Assembly: GCA_964016885.1 (NCBI GenBank)
Contig: OZ024742.1
Coordinates: forward strand, 56,854,001-56,918,000
Length of the DNA: 64,000 bases
Direction: 5' to 3'
Origin: Eledone cirrhosa
Lineage: Eukaryota
In this document: positions 26,401-39,488 of the stretch, one piece after another
Layout of the letters: every line of letters begins with the position of its first letter
Numbering within the stretch: the stretch's first letter is position 1
The notes under the pieces: model-generated
What the model saw: the letters and a program-made list of their open reading frames with translations, nothing else
Database searches by the model: none
What the model was told of the DNA's origin: nothing
Translations under genes and position numbers: made by a program

Positions 26401-29247
26401 CAGGTCACTAGTTTGTGATCTGAATAGGCAACCATGAACATTTGTGGACAGCTTAACATGTCCCTATCCTTATTTCTAACTAGAACCCTATCTAGGTACG
26501 ATCTAGATGTTCCGCTACGATTAATCCACGTCCAGAGTGGCGCAGTCGGAAAATCTAGTCGATATCTATCGGCCAGGTCAAATCGGTCGATTAACTGTTT
26601 GAGGCTGTTACACCCGCCTTTATCGGGACATGCTCCCACATAGTCCCAACGTGCATCTAGGATTCCATTCCAGTCCCCCACTAAAAGCAAGGAGCGGGAC
26701 GTTCCCAGAAAAGTCTCTAGACGTTTGAAGAAGTCTGGCCGCGGTGTCCCGGATGGGGCATATGCGGCCACCAGCCTGAAGGCTCCACCTTCACTACCGT
26801 CAACGTCTAGGACCACCAGTCGACCCTCCGGGTCCAGATGTACTGTCTGTGTTACGAGGTCCAGGTGTTTCCGCAGCAAAACGGCAACTCTGCCCCCACC
26901 CCCCGGTTGACAGAAAGATGCGTAGATCTCAAAGTCATCGAAGATGGGGGCCAGCTGTCGCTCGCCGTGGATCCTGGACTCGCAAATGGCTACCACATCC
27001 ATACTGTGCGACCTGAGGTCTTTTAAGAGTTTGCCCTGTTTCCAGGGCATCCCCAGGCCGCGTACGTTCACACATCCAACTCTTATATTGGCCATGTTGG
27101 TGCTGAAAAGTTAAAAGAGGAAAAGAGATCACTCACCCTTCGCCTCCTGGGGACCAGGCCGCACGATTTCCATGGCGGTGTTGGAGGGGTTGTCTGGATG
27201 GGTGGTGGTTTCCGGCGGGGTGGGGATGCAGATGTTTGGTGGGGTGGGGTCTGGTGGGATGGGGGTGTCTGGGGTGGGGAGGCATTTGAGAAGGACGCGG
27301 TTGAGTGGTTTCACGCAGGAATTACCCACATCCTTCTCAAATGTTTCTTTTAGGGACCTATAAGTTTGTATAGGGACCCTAATCAGTTTTAGGTTCAGTT
27401 TTTTACTATTTTTAATAGAGTGGGCGAAAGTTTTCCCTTCGGTGAAAACCGAAGGGTCGTTCGTGATGGTCTCCATTAGTGTTTTGTTTTCAGTGTTTAT
27501 ATAAGTGTAAGTGTAATTTTCTTGTGTTGTGTTTGTTTTTGTCTGTAGTTCTTGTGTGTGCTTTCGTTTTGTTGTAGGTATTTTATTTTCAGGAGGTGGG
27601 GCTTTTGTTTGTGATATTTTTGTTGTTTGTGTTGGTGGTTGTATGTTTGTGGTAGTGTTTGCTGATTTTTTGCTTTTGTGATGTCTTTTCTTTCTTTTCG
27701 AGCGATGGGGTTCTCCCTCGTCTTCACTGGGTGATGGCGAGATAGCCTCATCTGTTGTATCGTCTGTGTGATTGGTGAGGGGTATGTCTTGGGGAGCTGT
27801 TGTGTCTGTATGTGATTTTGCAGTGGTTTTAGGTGGAGTGGGGTTGGGTGGGACTGTGTTTGTTGTGGTTATTTTTGTGTGTTGATGTTGTTGTTGTTGT
27901 GGTGGTGTTGGTGGTTGTGTTGTTTTGATGGGTGTCGGCAGAAGAGCCTTTTTTTGTTCATTAGTTTAGGACAGGAAACCCTCAGGTGACCCCTGCTAAA
28001 GTAATGGTAACATGAAGGCCGCCTACCCTCAACCGAAAGGTTTATGTAGGTGAGTCCGTCCAGGAGTACACGCTGTGGGATCATAGCTATTCGCTCTGGG
28101 CTCATTTGCACCAGAACTTCAATGCTAGTCCCATTGAATACATCTCTGGGGGACTTTCCTACTGACAGTATTCTGTCTTCATCAAAATTGATGAAGCCGC
28201 ACAGTATCCACCATATGTTCACCTTTGGTGTGACACTTGTGATTCTGATCTTTTGTGTCCTTTTTCCCATGTATGTAGGGAAAAAGGTGTACAGGTTGGA
28301 TACAATTGGCGACACAGAGTAATTTTGGGCCGTCAATTGATCCTTCATGAGTACCGAAATACTCCCAAAAAGTTTGCTTCTTTGAATGAATGCAATATCA
28401 TTCATTGAATTTTTGAAAACCAGCAATTTCTTTCTGTGACAATTGGACTGGTTTTCGGGTAGAATTGGAAACTGTCCTAAAAACTATCGTTTTGAGAGCA
28501 GTTTCCTTGCGAATTTCTACCGGAGAATTGATGCTGAAAGCACCATTTTTATCGAAAGTGACATATCTCTTAGCGTCCTTTAAAAGTTGTTCAGCATTTG
28601 TTATGTCGAGATATATCAATTCTTTCTTTTGAACTTTCTCTGCAAAGGAGATTTTTGGTTTCTTTGTGGAATCCGTATTGGTGGTGTTGTCATTATTGTT
28701 GTTATTGTTGTTGTTATTCTTGTTGTCACCGATGTTGGTATCATCCGTATTTTCCTTGGTGTTGTTGTTGTCTTTGATGCTGGTGTTGTCTTTATTTTTT
28801 TCTTTGTTGTTGTTATCATTGTTGCTTTTATCATCATTATTGGTTTTGCTGTTATTTTTGTTGTCATTGAACTGTTTGGTGTCATTTGTGTTGTTTGGAT
28901 ATGAATTCGTTTTTTTATTTTCATTTTGTCTTTCCATTTCTATAGTATCTAGTGAAGAAGACGTTGTTGACTGCGAGCTTTGTAGTCTTACCGCCTCTCC
29001 ACCACCATTATCGTTGGACGCAGCGTTCATAACGTAATCAAAATTTTACAATATTTTTTCCAAGATTCGATGGAGAAAAATTTTTTAAATGGATATTCCG
29101 CCCCTATAGGGGCGAAAATGAATTGACCCACGACCTGAAGGTCCAGACGGGTGGTCAAGTTACACAATGATATAAAATTTAACTAAAAACTCACGTTTTT
29201 TTCTTACATAAATAAACGGAAACTTCTCCGCGAAGTGACACACGTCT
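23432..29247 (-). mobile_element. Tx1-clade LINE copy C, apparently full length (~5.8 kb), frameshifted
   Basis: 5' UTR 29031-29247; ORF1 pieces 27129-29030; APE 26340-27095; RT pieces 24158-26285 (QGCPLS, YADD); C-terminus to 23673; 3' end AATAAAGAAATC then (TATC)n. Confidence 0.95.
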
Positions 29248-29256
29248 GATAGAGAG

Positions 29257-29345
<89 letters not shown>
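29248..29345. repeat. (GATA)n between Tx1 copies C and D
   Basis: Direct inspection. Confidence 0.98.
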
Positions 29346-29346
<1 letters not shown>

Positions 29347-32300
29347 GTTTCTATTTATTTGCCACGAGGGGACAACAGAAGGGGGAAATACAAGGGGGGA
29401 GTTTACATAAAGGAACGAGTAAAAAAAAAAACAAATAACAAATATAAAATTAACAATACAGTCCTCAATAGGGAGGAGGTTTTGGGGGTTACACACACCC
29501 CCAAAAAAGTGTGTAACCCTTTTCGTTAGGAGCCAGAGAGGGGGTGCTCCTTTGCACTTCCACCTTTCCACCTACAGGCTGATAAAGAGAGAAGGCCCAT
29601 TCACACGGGCCATTCTCGCTACTTTCAACCACCTTTCATAAAACTTGCTAGGGTAGAGCACCTCTCTCTCCATTCTGATCCTTCTCTTAAAATGGTATTT
29701 AGAGAAAAGGACCAGTTGTTGGCCGGAGAGAAAGGTGTCCGACCTCAGCCCTTTCAAATGTGTCCACCATACCACCTCTTTCACCATGGCTATTACACAG
29801 AGGAAGACCGCCTCTTCTTCATTTTTGAAGGGAGAGGCGGCTTGATCGTTACAATGGACTCAGTGGTCAACCGGATTGGTCCCACCCGTGACAGCAGTCG
29901 TTCGACATAGCCTCACAGATCGGCAACGCCCGAGCAGTGTACCAATGCGTGCGCAACGGTTTTCTCGTCGCGCACGCATCTGGGACAGATTTTTTTCGAG
30001 AGGTCCCTACCCGGGCGCCCGTGTCTGTAGAGCTTTTCTCGAACGGGCAGCGCCCCTTGGTAGCACTGCCAGACCAGGGACTTCTGGAAGTTGTCCATAG
30101 GTCCCGGGCCAAATGTCCTCCCGAATAGGCTGGCCAGTTCGTCTTCCTCCATGCATAGGGCTTGTCCGAGGGCGTCGTCGCACCTACTAACCACCAGCCC
30201 TCTATAGAATGACGAGGTGGAGTCTCCACCGATAGCCGGGTCCGCCTGCCAGAGAGCCGTGAGCGCCAGGGCACACTCGGTGTGCCAGGCGCCCAGTTTT
30301 CTCGCTCTTTGCTTGAGCCAGGAATGCAGCTCGGTGAACGAGACGAGTCTCGGAAAGGCCCGCCTCACAAACGGGGCCCACACCGGTTGACCGGTGAGGA
30401 ATACCTGGAGGTGCCGTAGCCTTAATGCGTGTTTACGCATCAACAGCCACGGCATCCCCAGCCCTCCTTTCGAAGAGTGTTGATGGATCTCCTCACCAAA
30501 GGAGCCCGCTTCTTCCAAAGGAATTGGAAGATTGCGCGCTCCGTTTGGGCAAGGCACGACGGTCAGGCGGTAATAGATGACGGACGCTATATAAGCGTTC
30601 GCCACCTCCGCCCGACCTTTCAGGGATAGTTTGCACTCAGCCCACTTCCGCGTCAGCGCAAATACCCTGTTCGATACCTCACCCCAGTTCTTCTCCACCT
30701 GGAGGTCTGGCCCGAACCAGACCCCGAGCAACTTCACCGGGCCCTCCGTCCAACGTCCGACGACGCCGTTGAAGGCCATCGCTTTGCCCCTCCACTCGCC
30801 GAGTTGCAGACCGACTGACGTGTCCCGGTTCAGCTTAGCACCTGTAAACGTTTCGTATTCCTCCAGTAAGGTGCCCATCACTCCGATTTCCGAGGCGGTT
30901 GACACCATTACTGTCACGTCATCGGCGTAGGCCGACACCGCTTTCCGCAATCCCGGTTCCAAAGGGATGCCCTGTAACAACTCCAACTTCCGCAGCAGTG
31001 GCTCTAGGGCCAATACATAGAGAAGGGAGGAGAGAGGGCATCCCTGTCGGATGATGCGCGTGATTTCCAACGGCTCCGAGATGTAGCCGTTCACCTTGAC
31101 CCTAGAGCAGATGCGGCTGCTGTGCATGGCAGTGATCCAGCCCCTGAAAACGGGTCCGAAACCTGCCGCCACTAGCACCGCATCCAGGTAACGATGGTCG
31201 ACCCTATCGAACGCTTTAGATTGATCCAAGTTGATCAGGGCCCCACCAAAGCCGGGTTCGTTCCCAACCCTCTCGATGATGTATAGCATTAGATGACGGT
31301 TGTCGTGAATGGACCTGGACGGGATGGCGCATGTCTGCGCATCTCCCACCAGGTTGCCCACGACAAGCGCCAACCTCTTTGCTAACACCTTGGCCAAAAT
31401 CTTTAACTCTGCATTTAGCAATGTTAAGGGACTAATATTACTTATTTCATCCCCCTTGTTCTCGTCCTTCCTCACTAGCGAGACTACGCCCTTGGTCACA
31501 GAACAGGGAATTCTCCCGTTCTGTTGCCAGTTGCAGTGGACTGCTTCGAGGAGATCGAAGAACAAGTCCGGCATACTTAAATACAGCTCGTATGGAAGAC
31601 CATCGAGGCCCAGAGATTTGCGTCTGCCGCATTGGCTCAGCACGTCCCCTATTTCAGCAGCTGAGATCGGCCTCTCGCAGGAGTTCGCCTCCTCGTCCGA
31701 AAGATGCGGCAGGCCGTCGAGGCATGGACCGAGGTCCACATCCCCATCCGGCCCCTCGCCCCTTCCGAACAATCGGGCAAAGTGCCTTTGAAAGGCCTCG
31801 CACATCTGCTTAGGTTCAAGGATCACCCGTCCATCCTGGTCTCGCAAAGACCGGATAGTCGATTTAGTCGCACTTTTGGCTTCTGTCACGCGGGCCCAGC
31901 TAACAGCTTTGGTCCCCTCGTTTCCCAGAGCACGTATTTTGCTTCGGACAACGCAGCCTTTGTGTTTCGCGTCGAAGAACGGGCCCAAGGCCGTTCTCGA
32001 CCCTAGCACTCTAGCTACGTCGCCGCTTCTAATTGCCTCTTCTACACTATCTACCAACTACCTTTCTTTCCTATTTCTATCTGAGGCTAACTCCTTACTA
32101 ACTCCTATTGAAGCTACTCTAATCTCTCTTTTGGGAGAGTCCCACCACCTGCTATTGAAGATGGCGACCGCTCCTTAACTAATGTACTAATCAAGTTCCT
32201 GTAAGCTTTACTTGCCGGTAAGGCGAAGTTGAGCTTCCAGTAACCGGGTCACTGTCTATGCGTTCTATCAAGGTTGACCATGGAGGTCACTAACTTATGG

Positions 32301-35038
32301 TCTGAATAGCCAACCATGAGCATTTTTGGACAACTTAAAAGTCCCTATCCTTATTTCTAACTAAGAACCTATCTAGGTACGATCTAGATTGACCGCTGTG
32401 GTTTCTCCAAGTCCAGGTTGGCACAGTCGGAAAATCTAGTCGATATCTATCGGCCAGGTCGAATCGGCCGATTAATCCCTTGAGGCTGTTACAATCCCTC
32501 TATCAGGACAAGCCCCTACATAGTCCCAACGTGCATCTAGGATACCATTCCAGTCCCCCACTAAAAGCAAGGAGCGGGACGTCCCTAGAAAAGTCTCCAG
32601 ACGATAGAAGTCCGGCCGCGTTGACCCAAAAGGGCCGTATACGGCGACCAGCCTAAAAGCTCCGCCTTCACCACTGCCAATGTGCAGAACCACTAGTCGA
32701 CCCTCCGGGTCCTAGTGTACCGTCTGTGTAGCGAGACCCAGATCTTTTTGCAGCAGAACGACAACCCCACCGCCACCTCCGGGCTGACAAAGTTATCAAA
32801 GGTGAGGGCCAGCTGTCGCACGCTGCTGATCCGGGCCTCACAAATAACCATCACATTTATACATCGTGACCTGAGGTCATTTAGAAGCATTGCTTGCTTC
32901 CAATGTGAGCCCAGGCCACGCGCATTTAGACAACCTATTCTCAACACAGCCATGTTGGTGGTAAAGAGAAAAGCACTTACCTCTCTGCGTCCCGGGGACC
33001 GGGCCGCACAATTTCCATGGGGGTGGGGGATGGGTTGTTGGGTGGGGTGGTGGTTTGTGGAAGTGTAGGGGCATCAGTGTGTGGTGGGGTTGGGGTGTTT
33101 GGAGTTGTGTGGGTGTCTAGCGGGGGGATTTTAGGAGGACACGGTTAATGGGTCTGACGCAGGGGGCCCCCACGTCCTCTTTAAAAGTGTCTTTTAACGT
33201 TTAGTAAATGTCCATTGGGGCTTTTATCATGTTTAGATGGGGGAGCCCCGTTGCTTGTGCGAAATTCGAACCTTCAGTTTTTATTAAGTTGTTATTATAA
33301 ATAACGTTTAACAGTTTTTTGTTTTTTTGTATTTAAGTAAGTATATGCAATTTTTTCTTTTTGCGTGATGTTTTTTGTTTGCTGTTGTTGTGTGTTTTTT
33401 TGTGTTGAAGTCTGTGTTATGTCTTGGGGAGGGGTTGTTTGAATTTGTGTTCCTGTGGTGTGTTTTCTTTCTTTTCTTTTAACTTTATGAAAGTGTCCCC
33501 CTCCCCCTCGTCTGACGACGAAAGGGGTCGTCTTCCGTATTCGAGGGGAGGAGTTCATTTTTGGCTCGTGTTTGTGGTGTGGGTGTTATTGTATTTGTTT
33601 TCTGTGTTGGGGGATGGGTGGAACTGTTTTCAGTTGTGTTTTAACTTGTGGTGTTAGTTGTTTTTGTGGTGGTGGTGGAGGTTGTGTCGTTAGTGTTGTA
33701 GTTGTTGGTGTGGGCAAAATCGGTGTTTTTTTTTGTTTGCTTGGGAACAGGCAGCCCTCAGGTGACCTCTGCTACCACAGAGGTAACAAGCGGGTCGTCT
33801 ACCCTCCACTGTGATGTGTAAGTTGGCAAGCCCATCCAGCAATATGCGGTCGGGGATCCTAGCAATTCGTTCTGGCTGCATTTGCACCAGAACTTGCAGG
33901 TTAGTTCCACCGAACACGTTGCTGGAAGACTTACCTACCGAAATTACTGCATCCTCTTTCAAGTCGAGAAGCCCACACAGTACCGCCCAGAAATCAATAT
34001 CTGGATCGATACTGTGTATGGTCAATCTTTGTCTTTTTCTTCCCAAATAAGTGGAGAAGATGGTAAATAAGGGGGACACAATTGGGGCCAGGTAATGTTT
34101 TTCGGCCGTCAATCTATCTTTCATTCGGATGGATAGACTACCGTAGAGTCTATCCTTCCGAATGAATACAATGTTTTTTTTTATGATCTTTTAACGACAG
34201 TTCAATCTCTATCTGTGTGAGTTGTACTGGCTTACGGGTTTTTCCTATAAATAATAGTTTTTAAGCTATTTTCCTTTTTTAGCTCTGGGGAGAATTTAAA
34301 GAAAATAGATCATTCTCCTCCAAAGTTATATACTTCCGTGCATTTTCCATTTGCTGGGCCATGTTCGAAATGTCAATAGCTTCGTACACGATAGATTTTT
34401 TATGCTTTGCGCCAACGTCATTTTGTTCGCCCCCTCTCTGTTTACATTTGTCGAAATGTGGTTTTCTTGTTTTTTGTTGTTACAATTTTCATTTTTTGTT
34501 GTGTTTGTGTTATTTATGGGCTTAGACTCCATTTTTTTTAAATGTTCACTTATATTTTCAGTATCCGAGAGACTTGTAGTTACAACTACTCGTTGTCTTT
34601 CAGCTTTCGTGGTGGACGTGGCGCCGTGAAAAGTCAAAACGGCATCCATTAATTTTGGCAATTTCTCCGAGTCAATTTTTTCACATTTTTTTCATTAGGG
34701 TTAGGCTCCATTTTTTCAATGTTTCTAATAATTATTATTCTTTTAGTAGGGAGGCTTGTTGCCTCCGCTACCCGCTCTCCTTCAGTTTGTTTAGTGGGCG
34801 TGTCATCGTTACCTGTGGTAATGGCTTCCATTACCACTAGCGTAGAGACAATTACAAGATTTTTAGGATGAAAAGATTCACCCCAAAAGGGGTGAAATAA
34901 ATTAACCCTAATGTCCGAACACCCAGGCAAGGGGGTTAATTAATACAATAACGCAAGAATACAGACAAAGACTTACTGTTAACACGTAATATCTCCAATA
35001 CTTGAGGAGCCGATGTGAAGAACGTCTATGCCATCCGG
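29346..35038 (-). mobile_element. Tx1-clade LINE copy D, apparently full length (~5.7 kb), with (GATA)n at both ends
   Basis: ORF1 knuckle CYLCGSRGHLRAAC; frameshifted APE from 32953; 714 aa RT segment 29913-32057; AATAAA near 29355; short (GATA)n at 35039-35059. Confidence 0.95.
29913..32057 (-). pseudogene. Longest open ORF2 segment (RT to C-terminal zinc finger) of copy D
   Basis: LDQSKAFDRV, QGCPLS, YADD, KLLGVWFG, CPRC..H..HC. Confidence 0.92.
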
Positions 35039-35091
35039 AGATAGATAGATAGATAGATATGTGCTTAAATTACCGCAGTATTTAAAAGATT

Positions 35092-35515
35092 CAATGCGCA
35101 CTTAATAATTGTTTCTACTTTTGGCACAAAGCCAGCAACTATCCCAGTGTATTACTGGTACTTTATTTTATCGACCCCTTAAGGATGAAAGGCAAAGTTA
35201 ACCTCGGCGGGATTTGAACTCAGACTATAAAGGACCGTAACTCTTTGCTGCAAAGCATGGTGTCCGACCCTCTACCGATACTGCCAATCCACCGCCCTCA
35301 ATGCGCACATAATAATTGTTTCTACTTTAGCCACAAGGCCAGCAATTACCCAGTGCATTACTGGTACTTTATTTTATCGACCCCATAAGGATGAAAGGCA
35401 AAGTCAACCTCGGCGGGATTTGAACTCAGATTGTAAAGGGACGTAACTATGCTGGAAAGCATGGCGTCCGACCCTCTACCGATACTGCCAATAATACCAA
35501 TGCGCACTTAATAAT
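35092..35515 (-). mobile_element. Two tandem SINE copies delimited by three copies of an ~18 bp target duplication
   Basis: Main SINE family; caatgcgcac(t/a)taataat at ~35092, ~35299 and ~35498. Confidence 0.88.
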
Positions 35516-35945
35516 GAAACCTAGTTGGCTTGGTGAGGAGAGGGATTTTGGACTCCTTGCGGGATGAAAAACAAAACCCGACAGGAGAGTACAGGTCATC
35601 CAATATTCTTTTGTGTGTGTATGTGTAGAGTGAGTTTTCATTAGGACATCTCTCTAGGAGAATGCCACTCTTATATAAAACATGTGACTTCGTTTCCATC
35701 CAATTATCTGGACTAGTTCTACTTTTTGGATAAATGCATTCGATGTTCAGAGTGGGATTGGCCCCATGCTAAGTCTTTCCTCACTTAAAAAGTTTTAAGC
35801 ACAGGCACCGCTTAATATGTGTCATATTTTTAGATGGATGGCATGGCTGGCCATAGGCAAGTCCCTCTCAGAACTAAAAATGCACGTCCGAGATGCTCAT
35901 GAATAAGTATCACGCCATGGCAGTTCTCTAAATCGAGTTGCCGCT

Positions 35946-36757
<812 letters not shown>

Positions 36758-36858
36758 TATATACTGTGTGTATATATACGGAAATCATCAGGAAATCCTC
36801 ATGGTTTCTTTTGAATGAAACAGTTCTATTCCTGTAAAAGCCACTTTTATATAAAACA

Positions 36859-36898
<40 letters not shown>

Positions 36899-39318
36899 AT
36901 GAATATATGTGTGTGTGTATACGTATACGTAAATATACATATAAGTTTATTTGTATATAAATATATGTATATGTAGATACACACACACCCATATACACAC
37001 TTGAGTATTTAAGTATTTATCTATCTATCTCTTATATGATAGATAAAGAGAAAGGTGGAAAGGAAGAGGACTGATAATATTGTAAAGGATCAACTAGTTT
37101 ATTATACTGACATTACAAGACTAGAAAACATATTTAGTAAAAGTTTAAAAGGTCTGAAGTCAAATTATTTCCCTAAACTCAATTGACTTTTGCGTTGACA
37201 TTTGAAGGATGTTTAACTACATAGACACTCAAAGTTACATCTAGTCAACTATTTAGTACCTAAATTGTAAACAACATGAAGGAATTTACCAAGTAATAAT
37301 CACTTGTAATTTGAAATAAATCAGTTTCTATGTAATCTAACACACATATTTCCACTCAGTAGACAAACAAAATATGTTCCTCAGTGTTGTTGTGTTGCTA
37401 TTGTTTCGGTATTTTCCCCTCGAAACCGTTTGACATATAGATACGTTGTTTTATGTTATAAACTGTGGGGGTGAATTTGTAGGCTAGAGAAGAGACTTCA
37501 CCTACTAATAGAGTGTTTATCGCAATTTATATTCCTTTCCAAGCCATATTATTTGACTAAACGCGTGAATACCATCAGCATACTTGTAAATTATCCAGTT
37601 CTGTCGCTGTTTAAGTGAGGAGCTATTCTCTTTTATGATACCTACTTACAAAAACGAACGAACCACTATGTGGTCGGTTGGCTTTTGAAGAAGTGTGAAC
37701 CTTATCTAGCTCTAAATAACACACATTCAAGGGAAGTGTACATTTTGTAATGTTCTCCATGATGCATTATATCTTAACTCTTAGGATGCCAAATCTACTC
37801 CCAAATAACATCCCTTCATGGAAATATACATTGTATAATGTGTTCCAGGATGCGCCATATCTTAACATATGTTCCAGGATGCGCCATATCTCTGATTATA
37901 CGACTGCTCAATCAGGTCTAACTTAGTGTTAAATAACTTCAACAATAAGCTCTTTGTAACAATGTAGATTTGTCTGTTGACAAGATCTGAACTGTAGACA
38001 TTTTGACTTTAAATCGTACATTTCATTCATACAGCCATTTGAAAATCTTTATAGTACTTTACACTTCTATTACTTATCAAAAGATTTCTTATTATTCGTG
38101 AGAATTAATAACTATGCAAGTGTGCGTCATGATAAAAGGTCTAACATTTAAATTTATAATTAAACTTTAAAAGTTTGAACTAAATCAGATTTTACAAGTA
38201 ACTTCACACTTTTATTTAACCAAAATAACCTACTAATTGTTAACGGTTTATCATTATTGGTAAAGTGATCGATATGAAAGGTGTGAAATAATCGACTCTA
38301 GAATCTCACTTTGAATGCAAATCGTCTATGGTCTTTTCATTTTAATTCAAGTTGTTCTTGGTGATATTATTGTTTAGACTAAGTTGTTTTTCTATCTGTT
38401 GTTGTTAACGTCACGGTTTCAAATGCGGTTTCAATTGCACGACCTTGATGATATATTTATTTTATGAAACAACCTAAATTCTTATAGTAGATAATAAAGT
38501 ATGAGATTTTAATATATTGTCAATAGTAAGGAATATTTAACCAATTTTGGTTATATTGAAAACCTAGATAAATAATATGTATTTAAACTATACATTCAAC
38601 ATACGTTTCATTCTAAACCTGTTAGTGTGTTGAAGGTATATGCATTTAACTGAAATATCCCATTATCTGGAATACAATTAATCAAAATCTACTGATATTT
38701 TATCTATCTATCTAGTGTGGTATAATTCTTGTATCGATTTCTAAAAGCTAGTATGACTAGCCTTTCTTTATTGTAGCTGATATTCTTCTCTCAGTATTTG
38801 TTACTGCTATTATTATCGCCTTACCGCCATCATGGAATCAAAAGAGCTTCTGCTCGTATGACAATAACTATATTATCATTTTCATTATAAAGCTATCGTT
38901 TTATCACAGTCGTTTCCTCCTTACTTTGGTCATGTTGCAAAGCAATGATATATTTACAATACTAACAGGGGTTGATAATTTACATCAAATCACATTTCCA
39001 TACACAAACACTCAGCATTGATGCAAACTCATTCTGCTGTTGGCATCTAATTATTATCAAGAAAGAAGAAAGAAGATGAAAATTGAACACTACTGAATAA
39101 CATAAAACAAGAATAGGAACACCGCATAAATAATCAGAATAATAATCAAGGCGGATAAAGGAGAAAGAATCAGAATGTTCATGAAAATAAATCTACATTA
39201 TTAACAAGAACAGAAGAAATTTTGTATTGATTTTATTAATAATACAGCAATGTTATGATTAAACACGAACTTGGTATAAATCAAATTGGGAATGAAAAGA
39301 TCGAGGTAGAAAACAATG

Positions 39319-39319
<1 letters not shown>

Positions 39320-39416
<97 letters not shown>

Positions 39417-39419
39417 ATG

Positions 39420-39451
<32 letters not shown>

Positions 39452-39488
39452 TGTATGTATGTATGTATGTATGTATGTATGTATGTAT
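39320..39488. repeat. (AT)n + (ATGT)n microsatellite
   Basis: Direct inspection. Confidence 0.98.

Noticed and set aside
27103-27136. Micro-intron fusing ORF1 to ORF2
   Set aside because: Only 34 nt (28 nt in copy E), and the AG is missing in copies A, B and D.
33505-33530. CTGACGA-C-GAAA inside Tx1 copy D
   Set aside because: No room for stem II; antisense to ORF1.
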